Part shown: positions 1 through 13,754 of the stretch, one piece after another
How positions within the stretch are numbered: position 1 is the first letter of the stretch
Layout of the letters: every line of letters starts with the position of its first letter
Origin: Macrostomum lignano
Taxonomy: Eukaryota
DNA: 64,000 nt
Direction of reading: 5' to 3'
NCBI GenBank assembly: GCA_002269645.1
Contig: NIVC01001458.1
Coordinates: forward strand, 62,001-126,000
Made by a program: the position numbers and the translations under genes
Notes under the pieces: model-generated
What the model saw: the letters and a program-made list of their open reading frames with translations, nothing else
Database searches by the model: none
Told to the model about the DNA's origin: nothing

Positions 1-3000
1 AGGTAAGAAAGTCTCGAAGCCTGCAGCTAATGCTCCAGGTATATCTGAGGTGGCTGCGGCTTGAGAGGGAATATTATAACACGCACCTAATGCCTTCGCC
101 GTGTCCCGTGGTGGCAGTTCAACCGACCTACCTTATCCGACCCTCGATCCACCTGACTCCCTGCATCGTTCCCGCGCCGCATGCTGCTTCATCCGATTGA
201 GCTCTGAGAGAGTCTGAGATTTTTAAAAAAGAGATCGACCAACCCCGCCCCCTCGCCGTCAAGATTGCATTCATTTGGCGCAGGGCTCATTGTCTGGCTG
301 CCTGCACAGCCTCTCTCCCTTTTATTTTGCGTCTTTTGTTACTGAGTGAGAGTTAGAGAGTTGACATGCCGATGAAGTGGCTGTAGGGCTTATGATGATG
401 ATGGCGCCGCCCATTATTAATTGTGTGTGCTGTGTGTGTGCGTGTAACTATGCGCTGACACTGGCTTGGGCCCGCCTCTCTTCCCGCCCAGATATAGGCC
501 TGTATATATAAGGATTTTCAATAGACTTTCAATATAAGGTCCTCCCCTCTTTGTTGTTGCAGAAAAGTGGGGATTTAGTGAAGAAAGGTCGAGAGAACGA
601 GAGAGTTTTCGAGGCGACAGCCGGCAGGTATGTAGGCTATATGTGATGCGGTTTTCCGAAAGTGTCAAATTCAAACGTTGATTTACTGAAAATAAAAATA
701 ATTAACAGGTTAACAAAGCCACTTTTGTTTAATTGGCTATTTTTAAAAAACTATTTTCCGGCTTTGGTTCGAATTTCAAATTAGCATGGACTATTGGACC
801 TTTAGATCGCAGAGGCTTTCCCGAATTTCCAGGAACCGAACTAAAGAAACCCTACCCGCCGGCGGGTAGCAACTACAAAAATTTGCTTTATCGCAGATCA
901 GATTGTTACTCGTACTCACCCCTGTTGTTTAGTCTCGGCTCGAGGTCCGGAGCAGGCGGCACAATACAGTACACTCGAAAATATATATTGCACACAGCAA
1001 TCAAAGTCGAATATTGATTGGGTATAATTCCTCTTGGAAAATGTCTTTGAATTACTCACTTTGCCTATCGATTACTGGGCTAGACGTGGGCTAGAAAATT
1101 CCAAGCCAGAAATTTTATTGTTCAAATAAAAGAAAATAACACTTTTTAGTCGAATTTTGCCCGGTGAATAAAAAATAGACTTGGGCTTGCGGCCTTTTGG
1201 TGGTTGTTCGCCTAGAAAGTGAGAGTAGAGAGAAGAAAAATAAAAAGAAACAATTCTATTCTGGTCTAGGACTGACTCACTAAGAAAAGAGAAAATGGAA
1301 TGTGTTCTAGCCAGAAGAAAGAAAAACCTGTTTTGCCTTGTTCAAAATAGCTCACGCAACTGTTGTATTCGGTTCTGTCTGTATCGTTCGCTCGCTCGTT
1401 CGCTCTTTTTAGTCTTGCTGCCCCTCCCCCAAAGTCTGAACAGGCTTCGCTCGGGGTGGCAAAATGCACAATAAACAATTGGTTGGAAGGAAGAGGGCGC
1501 TCGCTTTAGCGGAGAGAAGAGTGCCATTAAGCTACACAAGGCTAAGGCTTATACAGCGACACCCAGCCGCAGTGAGGCCTTTACAATTGTATTCAACCTG
1601 ACCCCCTCATCCTAATGTGGCGCACAAAATGTTCTCCCCCTCCATTATAAGAGACTATATGAACTGGTTGGGGGGGACGGGGGGTTGTGGATTGGCGCAC
1701 CAGACTAAGGCCATAAAACGAGCCAAAGTAAAGAGTGGAGAAAGGCTACAAGTACACCCACCCCAAAGTTGGCGCGCGGGCCCCTTCTATTCTGTCCTTA
1801 TCAGTGGGGGAAGGGTTTAAGTGTCGGGTGGGGTGGAAAGGGTTGAGGGGTGGGGCAAAGGCAGAGAATAGCGGAGTGAGGGGTAGGGGTCCATTATTAA
1901 AATTAAGTATACCCACCCGCTGCTACTAAAATTGGCGAGACGGGGCTAGAAAAATAAGGGCTGATGCTGCCAGCGCAAGCAGTCAGTCCCACCCAGCCGT
2001 GGGTTGGTCGCTGCCGTGGCTGGTTGAAAAGAAAGGAAGAAGGGTTGGAGGTACGAGCTAAATTAGAAGGCGCAATTTTGAAATAAGAAAGAATTCCAAC
2101 AACACTTGACTCCGTTGTAGCGGTTTTCCTGTGAGCGCAGTGCGCCCCGCCTGGTCCGACTTAGGCTGTGTGCATGTACAGCACAGTATCAACCGTTTGA
2201 ATGGGCCATGTGTGTCCTTCAACTACAAAGCAAAGCTCATATCCGAAGCCACCACCCCTTTGCAACAAGCTACAAGGCGCTCAGCTCCACTTTCTATTCC
2301 TGCTTAAATTATATTTATGTTTTCCATAGGCCTCTGCAATTACAAGTACAATGCACACAAGCTTTTTGCTTTGAACTCAGAAGATACATGAAAGTAAAAA
2401 TGATTTGAAAAGTCTTAAACTTCTACTCTAAGGCAACACTTATCGACCTCGATATCCAATATTACTTTCCAGTATCCGTCTATCCTTATTGTTACAGCAC
2501 GCTCGTGGTCAGCGATAGATTGCAATAGCAAAAATTGCAATAAAAGGCTATAGTCTAGTTAGCATGCATGACAATGCGTCGATCGTGCCGTGCGTATGTC
2601 AGCTTAAAATGCAAATCTATACTTACATTTCCAGCGTTCTATTAATAGCGATTACTAGCAGGGGTTATAAGCAGATCAAAGCGAATACTGGACCGGACCT
2701 CACTCACTGCCCAGACAGTAGGAGGTAAGATATAAGGTATGGCTCGAATAGTGGCCAAATTCTGCGTGAATAGTGAATAGAAACCAATAGGAAATTCGAA
2801 CACCAAAGACTGCTCAGAGTTCAGCTCGGAGATCACCTTCAGTGGCGTATATGTAGCTTCATCTTGAGGAGCAGGAGGAGGTCACGAGTCAGAGCCAGAG
2901 CACCCAGATTCCCACAGTCATTGTTCAGTCGCCAGGAAAATAAATTTTGCTATAGTGGGGCAAGAGACCCCAGATCCCAATCACTGAGCAAAACAATTTA

Positions 3001-6000
3001 GCGTTAGCTCGACAAGGTGAAATTTTAGCTTTTAAAAGTCGTGTCTCTTACATGCACCCTGTTGTTGACAATTGCAAATAGTAAGACTCAAAACCCCCAA
3101 GGACCACAGACAGGAACTCACCTTTTTTAGTATTGTTGCTTTCTTCACCTTTAAGCAAAGCGTTGAAACGTTTCGTTATTGATTTCTTTCTTGGGAGTTC
3201 GACTAAAGGGTAGATGGCATGGATGGCTGGCCGAATGGACAGCTCGGCAACTAGACCAATCGGGTATTGTTGTTACCAGCGAGCGTCGATAACAAGTCCA
3301 ACAACAATGCACAATCGAGCATCCGCCGGTTTTTTGGAGTTCAGTCGCTTCTCTGCTGCAGTGCCAGCAAATCGATAGAGCCTTTTGAGGGAGGCTGAGA
3401 GGGGGCCGGGGAAGTGTCGGGATAAGTGATGTAGCAAGGGTAGGTCGGCGTTCGGAGGCCCAGGAGAGATCGAGGCGGCGCAGTTTTTGGGGACCCGGAG
3501 AGTGCGTGCGAGAGGGAGAGAGAGAAGGAGAGAGAAAGGAGTGTGTTAGTTGTGTGTGGGAACAGAGGGTAACACAAACGGCGCACAAAACACTGCTGAT
3601 GGTGGCAGAGCCCTTACCCTTCCTTCATCCCCCTCTGTGTTCCAAGACTTTGGGTTGGCTCGGGCCAGAGAGTTCTTTCAATTCAATGGGAGAGAGAAAG
3701 GGGAGGAGCGGAGGCTGAAGGATGCAAAAGGGGAAGGGAGAATGAATGGGGATGGAGATAAGCTCGACCAACCTCCCCTCAAACTACCCCTTCGTCTCTT
3801 TCCACTGTGCCTCCCAGAGGCTTCACATGGGCTCGACAACCGAGGCAGCATCCCTGCATCCCCCAATACCCTCTCCTGGAAGCCCCACCCCTCCGCTTGC
3901 TCCGTCTCCCCCTTTCGAATAAGCTCGAAGCCCTGAAAGCCTGCCTCTGACACGCGAAGTAGCCGGGAGATAATAGAGACTGTACGGGAGGCAAGCCAGC
4001 CTGGCTTTAGCCACACACAAGGGAAAATCGCCCCTCTGTTCCCCATCCTACTGTCTCTCTAACCCATCGGTCTCCCCGCTCCCCTACCCACGCCTCGCTC
4101 TTTTTCGACGAATACATTGTGTGTCACGCGGCCCCGTACGTCACCGAGGCCCACTGCTGTACGCCACAAACTATTCGAGACCGGAGTGGGGAAGAGAAAC
4201 AGGAGAGAGAAATGGGAGAGACGAATAGCAAGCTGGTGCAGCCCAGAAAGAAAGAGGAGCGAGAGAACCGGCAACCCTCCCCCATATATTTTGCCTCTTT
4301 CTTCTCCATTCCTGGCTGCTCCACAGAACCCCTTGGTTTCCTCGTCTTCTCCCAGCTAGCTACCCATTTTCCCCCGAGGCGGAGGTGGGGTAGGTGGGGG
4401 AGAACGGAGAACAGGAGGAAGGATTCGGCCTGGGAGCTGATGGGAACAAGAGAATTCGAAATCGAGGAGGGAGTCCAAGAGTAGGGGGGGGGGCTGTTTG
4501 GATCGAGTCCCAGAGTCTCCATCCGCTCGCACGGCATTCCCCCTCTTCCAGTCTCCTACGAGTCTCCCCTCGGTTGGCTTCGTCACGCCTGTGCCTGTTC
4601 CACTGTTCCCCCGCGCTCGTGTGCGCGAATTCGAATGCACCACTTTTGTGTTCAATCGCGGCACACAGTCGCCCAGCACTCTGTCTCTATACGGCTGCGC
4701 CTATTGTGTACAATGAATAGACCCAGGAGGAAGAGAGAAGAGAGGCGGAGAGACGATGGAGAGGATCTGGGATATTATGGGAGAATTGTTGTGCCGCTGC
4801 TGCCGGCTTCTGGAGGAAAGAAAGGAAAGAGAGGGAGAGGAAGGGGAGAAATACGAGGCAAAGACGAGGAAGGAAAAGGAAGCTTCGAATGGGGAGGAGA
4901 AGCAATTTCAGCAGACTCCGGGATTTGGGATCATTCGATGGGGAGACTCCTTCAGCTCGCCTCCTTTCTCTTACTCTTGCTCTCCTACCCCTCCATCGGA
5001 TGCATTCTTTTCTTTCTGGCTCAACCGCCTCGCTCGGTGAAGCCTTTCCCAAACTGAGAGCTCGCACCTCCATTCTCCCCTCTCCCTCCCCCCTTTCTGT
5101 CGCCTCGCCATCGCTCTCCTGCAATTCCCCATGACTTACGCACACAATTTCGAAGCAGACAGACACAGCGCAGACAGGCAATCCACGGCATATTCAGCTG
5201 CCGCCAGCCAACTCCCCCCCCCCTCGGGCTCTCTCTCCCACCAGCCTCTATATAGTAGTTAGTCTTCCTTCGACTCTAGTATAGAGACCACGCAGAACAT
5301 CGAGTAGGAAGACAGAGAGAGGCAGAGAAGAGATAAAGACAGAGTGTAGAAGGAGGTGAAAACCAGCAGCTTGGAGGAAGAAAAGTGACTTCCTTGTCAG
5401 GCGCGGCCTTCGACTCAGTTCTGTTTCACACACTCTTCGTCGCTTCCCCGGCGAGGCATCCCTTTATTTTACACCGACTGACACATTCGCGGGCCTGGGG
5501 ACCTTATTCGAGAAAATTCCCCACCCCCATGTGCCGTGCTCCCTTTCTTCTTTCCTCCATCCTCATCCTCGCACCACTTTATCCTTCTCTGCCCCTCAGC
5601 CTTCAGCCCGCCAAGTCTTTTAACCCGAGCTGCAGGCGCGGCGGCAAAGTGGATGACTTAGCTATTTTCCGTGAGGGTTGGGAGGGAGTTAGCGGTAGCT
5701 GTGCTGGGAAAGAGACAGTAGATAGTTTCGAGGTTGGGGAATGAGGCTAGCAAAAGAAGTCCTGAGTCACCTGGGCATCCCCAGAAGGCGCCCGGCGACT
5801 AACTCGCATGTTGTCAATAGGCCCAAATAAAGCAGAGTTTCGAATTTCTTGAGAAGCCAGCCTTCGCTGCAACAACAAATAATTATCCGACTCCCCTGTC
5901 GTCAAAATTTATTAGCATTTCATTTAATCCTGATGTGATTCAATCTTCTGAATTTTCAATTTTCTATTCATCGACAAGAAAATAACAAATGCAACAACAG

Positions 6001-9000
6001 ATGTGAGCCCCATACAGATAGTCAGTCCACTAATCGATGAGTTTAGCAGGTAAATCCCTGAAGATATTGGGAGCCAGACCGGACACAGAATGTCCTGAGC
6101 AGCATGGCGTCCAGCTGTCGCTATCGTAGCCATCAGCTTCACGTCTCGGCTCGTCCAATTAGGACAGATAAGCAGACAAACGCGAGAGCGTACCGTACAG
6201 ACACACTCACAGATGGTCTGTACGGTACGGTACGGTACGGTACGGTACAGTAAAAGTTAAATGTTCGTATAGTAATACAGAAGTAAGCGTGCATCGATCG
6301 ATATTCGTCGATACTGGAACAACATTTTGGGGAGAAATCTGAAATATAAGCGCAACCTAACCTTACTTGGGGTTAATCGGATTTCAAGCTCGTTGAGTTT
6401 CCAGCAAAGTGCATGGAATCACCTCATATCTGGATATTAAAACAAAAGCAACAAAATTTGAAAGAAATTCTTGGAAGGCAGCAAAACTTACGGCGGCTTC
6501 ATCTATGCACACGAAGGTGGGTGGAAAGTGATATATTACGTCACTGTTCTACTCTTGGTGCAGATTTTTTTCTCAATAAAATTGTCCACTTGAATATTAT
6601 GGCAGCGGCTACTGCTGCAGCGAATGGAGATTCTCAAATTGATCGGGCTTAGTTATCAACTTGTCTGAAAAAAGCATTGCTTGTCAGGTGTGTGGCTACG
6701 GTTGATGGTACGATGGTCAGGTTATTACCGAGCGCCTTATTACAAAGTCGGACACATTTGCTGCGCTCTCAAATTAATGCGAAAACAGGTGCGCGGAATC
6801 GGAATTACGCACTTCGTAATCTATAGCTACCCCCCCCTCCCCCGGTTTAATTTTTTATACATTCCAAATTGGACCATTCCAAACAAAAACACAGTATATC
6901 CCGTAGCAACACAACGAATAGCGAATACGTTCGTGTAGGCGCTGAGTCCAGTCGATTAGTCAGGGGGGGGGGTAGTTTTCTTTACCCCCATCTGCCCGCC
7001 TTGTTTGCCTCGCTCTCCAGAATCCCTTCCTTCCAAATTCATGCATAATCAGTTTTTTGCCCATTGTGCTTGTCTTGAGGAAGGAGAGAGCTGCCCTCAG
7101 TCCGGTCTTGAGTGCGGCTTTCTCCAGCCGTTATTCAACTCCCCCAGGGCAACAATACATCTGCTTTGAAAATCTTGCTGAGAGCGGAGAGATGAATTGA
7201 GAATGCGAATTATATGCATAAATAATAAAAAATTACATTCAGCATTTCGGCTTAAAGAGTGAAACACGAAACAGGAAAATAGGGCCGGGCCGTTGTACCC
7301 AGTACCCGCACAGAAGGACTGACTGGTCGGGCTTGTGGCGCAGTTGATGAAGAATAAGAATGCTCCTTCCATCCGAGAAAAGAAAATGGGAAGCGACGGC
7401 TGTGAAATGCTTTCTGGTTAATAAGTACCGGTATTGATTCAGGATCTCGAAATTAATAAACTGTGATTTTTGTCAGGAAATTCGTTTCTGGTACCGTCAA
7501 TGGTAGTCTTTTGTTAAACAGAATCCAGATAAAAAGCAAAGTAGTTTCAGATTATTATTTTGATTAGTTAATCGACTAAAAGTTTGCCTTCTGTTGGAGT
7601 TTCATAATTGCGAAAATTATATTGATGCTTGATGATGAAAATCAAGAAAAAAAAATAAAATATATGATACCGAATGGTCCTACGGTATATACTAGTAGTC
7701 CATAAATTGCTCTAGTGCAAAAATGGTTTGATTAAAACAAAACTCAGTCTAAATTCTGAAAATTATTGAAATCTATTCCAGTGTTATTACTACCTATAAA
7801 AACACTATGGCCTAAATCACATAAATGGCGTTTGACTTTGAATTAGTTCAAAGTCACTCTTAATCATGTCAATCGATACCACTGCACCTCCACGCTAAAG
7901 CATGCATTGAAGCAAGTAAGAGGAGAGAGGGAATATAGGATGAGTTTGAGTCGAGTGGCATGAGTCGAGATAAATAAACAGAAAGAGACTGCAGGAGAGA
8001 CAGGAAAGATTGAAGGGGAGTATTAGGGTCGCGGGTTTCACCGCTAAGACACTTCTTATCCCATCTTCCTTATCCCATTCGCAGACAGAGTTTTGCCGGC
8101 CGGTAGAGCTTGGAGTTCGGCTGCAGCAGTCGACTCTTGCTCGGCAGAAGAGGCCCGACTGCGTGTAATCAGAGAGACAGGGGAATCTGGATGGGCTTGA
8201 TGGGACGGACGGGACGGGGAGAGGAAAGGCGTGGGCGCGAGTGCGAGAGGCGAGAATAAGCGGGATCGCGAGGCAGAATCTTTGCCTCATCGCACACAAT
8301 GGCAGCTGCAAAAGAGGTGGCTGGGGGAATATTCCACAGCAGCCTGGTTTTCGCCTCGATGTCTCTCCCATGATCCCCTTCTAACTCTTCCCCGCCTGCC
8401 GTCCCGACCCCGAGGCCAACAAAAGGAAGACGCTGAAAGCAAGGCGGGATGTGCGTGCGAATTCGCACTCGAGATTCTGGGGGAGGGGGGGGGCGGCGCA
8501 GCACGCGTGCGTCTTGCCTCATCAGAGTTTCCAGAGCTTGCAAGCAATAGTTGAGGGAGAGTCTATCCTCGTATCAGCGAGTTCCGTCCCTTCTAGCGAT
8601 TATTTACGCCCTGCTGGTGCCTGTAACTACTACCTAACGATGCACAAGCTGAAGCGAAAGTAAAAGTCAATTTAATGATTTTGTAGAGGCAAAGCGCTCC
8701 TCCGCCGACTCCGCCTCTTCCCTCCGTTGTAACTACACACAAAGCAATATTATTATTGTTCCCGGTTCTGTTGCTGCTGAAAGCAGCCTCACAGGTGCTG
8801 GAACAATGACAGAGCTACTATATAAAGACTCAGAGGGAGAAGGCAGTGCTAGCAAATTCTTCTTTGTCAAAGCCCATTGTTTCTATCTGCAGTCAATAGC
8901 CATTTTACTCTGCTTATTGTATATATTACAATATTCAGACGTACCCCTCCCCTACTTAACCAATGCGCCCCAGAGAGCTACTCACACCTTTGTCTCCTAG

Positions 9001-9359
9001 GGGAAGGTAGCTGAGTTGCATTATCTCCCTTGTTCATTGTTTCATTTTGCCAAACAATGGCCTACGGCAGGCTAACAGAAGAAAATAAACCCATACCCGG
9101 GCCAGCCACCTTGGCGAGTAACGGAGACCAATGGCATAGTCTGTCAACGTAACACAATGGAACAATGCACGAGGTGGGTGAACACTGAGACAGCTTGTCC
9201 CATGTCTGGCTATAGCTGGGTACGGCTGAGGCAATTATCCACAAAGAAAACTTAGCAAGAGAATAGTTAATCAATTCTATACAGGGCTTGGCACAGGAAG
9301 GCCGTCCGAGACGTTATGTAGGATATTCAGACATTATTACAGCAAAAAATTGTAAGGGC

Positions 9360-10395
9360 GATTATTGAGGCGTCGGGGCGATTCTGCATCACTTAAGGCA
9401 GCTATTGAGGTGTCGGGGCGATTTTAAGTCGCTTAAGGCAATTACTGAGGTGTCGGGGCGATTGTGAGTCACTTAAGGCAATTATTAAGGTGTCGGGGCG
9501 ATTTTAAGTCACTTAAGCCAATTATTGAGGTGTTGGAGCGATTGTGAGTCACTTAAGGCAATTATTAAGGTGTCGGGGCGATTTTAAGTCACTTAAGCCA
9601 ATTATTGAGGTGTTGGAGCGATTGTGAGTCACTTAAGGCAATTATTAAGGTGTCAGGGCGATTTTAAGTCACTTAAGCCAATTATTGAGGTGTCGGGGCG
9701 ATTTTAAGTCACTTAAGCCAATTATTGAGGCGTCGGGGCGATTTTAAGTCACTTAAGGCAGTTATTGAGGTGTCGGGGCGATTTTAAGTCACTTAAGCCA
9801 ATTATTGAGGTGTCGGGGCGATTTTAAGTCACTTAAGCCAATTATTGAGGTGTCGGGGCGATTTTAAGTCACTTAAGGCAGTTATTGAGGTGTCGGGGCG
9901 ATTTTAAGTCACTTAAGCCAATTACTGAGGTGTCGGGGCGATTCTGAGTCACTTAATGCAGTTATTGAGGTGTCGGGGCGATTCTGAGTCACTTAAGCCA
10001 ATTATTGAGGTGTCGGGGCGATTCTGAGTCACTTAAGCCAATTATTGAGGTGTCGGGGCGATTCTGAGTCACTTAATGCAGTTATTGAGGTGTCGGGGCG
10101 ATTCTGCATCACTTAAGCCAGTTATTGAGGTGTAGGGGCGATTCTAAAGGATTAATGACTAGTATTGAGGTGTCGGGGAGATTCTAAAGGATTAATGACT
10201 AGTATTGAGGTGTCGTGGAGATTCTAAAGGATTAATGACTAGTATTGAAGTGTCGGGGAGATTCTAAAGGATTAATGACTAGTATGAAGTGTCGGGGAGA
10301 TTCTAAAGGATTAATGACTAGTATTGAAGTGTCGGGGAGATTCTAAAGGATTAATGACTAGTATTGAGGTGTCGGGGCGATTCTAAAGGATTTAT
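9360..10395. repeat. 40-bp minisatellite (ATTATTGAGGTGTCGGGGCGATTTTAAGTCACTTAAGCCA), switching to a 39-bp variant near 10130
   Basis: Tandem periodicity seen directly. Confidence 0.95.
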
Positions 10396-11181
10396 GGCGA
10401 TTATTGGTGTCGTGCGAATCGTGCAACCTGTCGTTCAGGCTGGAAGTCTTCTATTAAACTAAATTGTCAAGTTGACTCGCTTGCATAATGGTAGCCTATT
10501 GTGCGAAAATAATAAAATGCTGACAATCTGAAAAGAAATAATATTAAGCAGGATGAAGTGAGAATGCAATTCCATCCAGGTGGTAAATGAGTGAAGACAC
10601 CAGCCAGCATAAGGTAAATGCTTGGGCGCCTCTTCCCTGGCTATTGAGAAACCGGTTCACAAGATCACAATAGGCAAGCAAAGCCGAATTCACAATAAAA
10701 AATTCTAATGAGAACGATTGATCAGGCCCCGCATGTGTTGATTGTTAACAACCTGAGGGCGGACTGAAGAGAATTTTGCTCCTCAACCACTTCTCCATCG
10801 TTGTTTTGTTCCTTCTTTTCTCATTTCTTTTGTTAACAACAGCATACATGTAGGAGCTACTTTGTCGTCCCCAGCCAGAGACAGGCATGGTGACGACAGG
10901 TGACTTCTATAGCTAGCTAGTTAGCAGTACAGTACGCGGTCGCGCTTCCATTGTTTCACTCGATGGGTGAATGAATGAACTGGGAGACGTCGGTGCTGGA
11001 GACAATAGGGGGGAATCGACGGGTGATTATGCTCAACCCTCCCCCCGTCTAAACTGTTGCTCAACACACCGTTGATCTTGTTTCTATAAATGCACACCCG
11101 TAATTTAATTGAAAATTTTCTCATCTATAATAAGCAGACTTGCAAACAGCATATCAAGCTAGCGTTGCTTGATCCGGTGGT

Positions 11182-12168
11182 CATAGGCGTAGGAACCGGG
11201 GGGGAGGGGGGGTGCAGTGGGGCCATGGCTTCTCCACATTTTAAATGCAAAATGCAGACTTTTTGCTTATTTTTTATTCTTTTTTATTTTTGCTGCTTTG
11301 CATGAATGCATTTTGCTGCAGGGCGACAAAAAGAGCGCCTGCGGCGCTAAAATGAGTGCCTGCGGCGCTAAAATGGGTGCCTGCGGCGCTAAAATGAGTG
11401 CTTGCGACGCTAAAATGAGTGCCTGCGGCGCTAAAATGAGTGCCTGCGGCGCTAAAATGAGTGCCTGCGGCGCTAAAATGGGTGCCTGCGGCGCTAAAAT
11501 GAGTGCCTGCGGCGCTAAAATGAGGGCCTGTGGCGCTAAAATGAGTGCCTACGGCGCTAAAATGGGTGCCTGCGGCGCTAAAATGAGTGCTTGCGACGCT
11601 AAAATGAGTGCCTGCGGCGCTAAAATGAGTGCCTGCGGCGCTAAAATGAGTGCTTGCGACGCTAAAATGAGTGCCTGCGGCGCTAAAATGAGTGCATGCG
11701 GCGCTAAAATGAGGGCCTGTGGCGCTAAAATGAGTGCCTACGGCGCTAAAATGGGTGCCTGCGGCGCTAAAATGAGTGCTTGCGACGCTAAAATGAGTGC
11801 CTGCGGCGCTAAAATGAGTGCATGCGGCGCTAAAATGAGGGCCTGTGGCGCTAAAATGAGTGCCTACGGCGCTAAAATGGGTGCCTGCGGCGCTAAAATG
11901 AATGCCTGCGGCGCTAAAATAGGGACTGCGGCGCTAAAATTAGTGCCTACGGCGCTAAAGTGAGTGCCTGCGGCGCTAAAATGGGTGCCTGCGGCGCTAA
12001 AATGAGTGCTGACACAGATTCTAAAAATAATTGGTACATGATAATGTGCATTTTCCATAAAAATAGAAAAATCTATCTCGACATTCAGGACGTGCACCCT
12101 GTGCGCCCCCCCCCTTAAATCCGCCACTGAAGCCCCCCCCCACTTTTTGAAACGTTCCTACGCCTATG
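11182..12168. mobile_element. Non-autonomous hAT-type element (MITE) carrying an internal minisatellite
   Basis: 15-bp perfect TIR CATAGGCGTAGGAAC. 8-bp TSD CCGGTGGT at 11174-11181 and 12169-12176; an 8-bp TSD is typical of hAT. Confidence 0.8.
11332..12008. repeat. 21-bp minisatellite (GCCTGCGGCGCTAAAATGAGT) inside the hAT MITE
   Basis: Tandem periodicity; explains ORF 11217..11963. Confidence 0.95.
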
Positions 12169-13754
12169 CCGGTGGTGTGGGTTCTTTAGTTAGTATCGAT
12201 TTTTATTCTAGTAAAACGATCATCTACTTTGTTATTGTAGTTGACAATTGCAAAGCAAGTTATCAATTGCAGCTGGCTTGGTCTGGATCTTGACTTCGGG
12301 CTCCGTTCACTTTCACTTCGACATTCAGTTTCGATTAAATTTCGAAATATTACCAACCATTTAATTTTATTGTACTAAAATTGGTCCTTTGCCCAAAATC
12401 TAATCAATGCTTCACAATTCGATAATTCTAAAACTTTCTCCAAAACAGGTGCTAAACTGGAACACGTCAAACTCGAACGCAGTTAGCTTAAAATTATTAG
12501 AAAAAAAAACATTTTTTTATTGACCCTAAAAGTTGCATCGTCGAACTAACCCACCGAAGCGGATCCGGGAGAGGGGGGGAGGGCAGCAAACTTAAGAAGG
12601 ATAATGCCAGGCCTTGTCGCGGGCTCTGCGGATGAGGCGAAAATGCCCCAATTCTTCCCATCAAGCGGCTACTGCAGGGGGGGGGCGATCCGAGCTCCCG
12701 GTCGCGTGACGAGGCGGAGCTTCGGATGGAAGGGGCGCTTCATCGATCCGAGCGGAGGCTGGGGGGCGCACTGCTTTAGTAAGCCGGGCTTTCTCAACAA
12801 TGGACAGGCAGCAGAGAGGAGCGGAGAGCGCGATAGAGAGGCCGAGTGGTTCGGGTCCGGGGTCCAGTTTTGTGGAAGTGGAAAGAAGAGCTTGATTTCA
12901 GAGAGAGGGAGAGGGGAGGGACGGGAGCTACCGTTGCGAGTCGACTGTTGGCATTGCAGAATCCCGACAATCAATCCCTGCCCCAAATAGCTCCCCTTTT
13001 CCTTCCAGAGCGCCTGGAGAATAAGGAGAGCGGGAGAGGGACGGGCCGAGCAAAAAGGGGCCTAGAGAAGAAGCAGCTCAAGCATTCGAGTACTCGGCGC
13101 AAATAAGGGGGTGCATTGGGAGAAAAGAGTGAGAGGAAGAAGAGGGAGAAGTATAGGAAGGGATGGGGCATTTTGGGAGAAAGAAACTGGGCAGAGGAGG
13201 CGGAGGAGCACGGTGGGACTCCGGGGAGGTAAGGACTAAGGAAAGAAAGATGGAGAATTCGAGGCTCGTCGGAGGAAGCGGCGCAGCCGCAGTTTCGCTC
13301 AGGCGTAGGGGGCATTTGGAAGGCTTGTCGGATTGAGCCTGGGAGAAAGGGGAGGAGGAGGCGGGTAAGAAAGCGAGTTTGGGTTCTGTGCGATTCGCGC
13401 TTGGCTGAATAAGCTTTCTTCCTTTCTTCTTCTTGTCTCTCATTCTACCGCCGCCTCATCTCCGCACCATCCAGCTTCTCCGGGATATCACGGCAGCAGC
13501 TTGTATAGAATGGGAGAGCGCCTTCTCCTAATGGGATATATAAATATCTGAAGAGGGCAATGCCGTTGACAGGGCGGTCAACGACAAGGGCGTCCCAGAT
13601 TCTGGCAACAAATCCATTATCCTCATAGGCATCACTGAAAGAGTGGAGAGAATGTAGCGCTGACTCCATAGTTTTTCCCAGATACCTGTAGCATTATATT
13701 AATGCTCAATGCCTTTATTCTGAAGTATGAGTTCCGCATGTAGCTTCGGAGATC

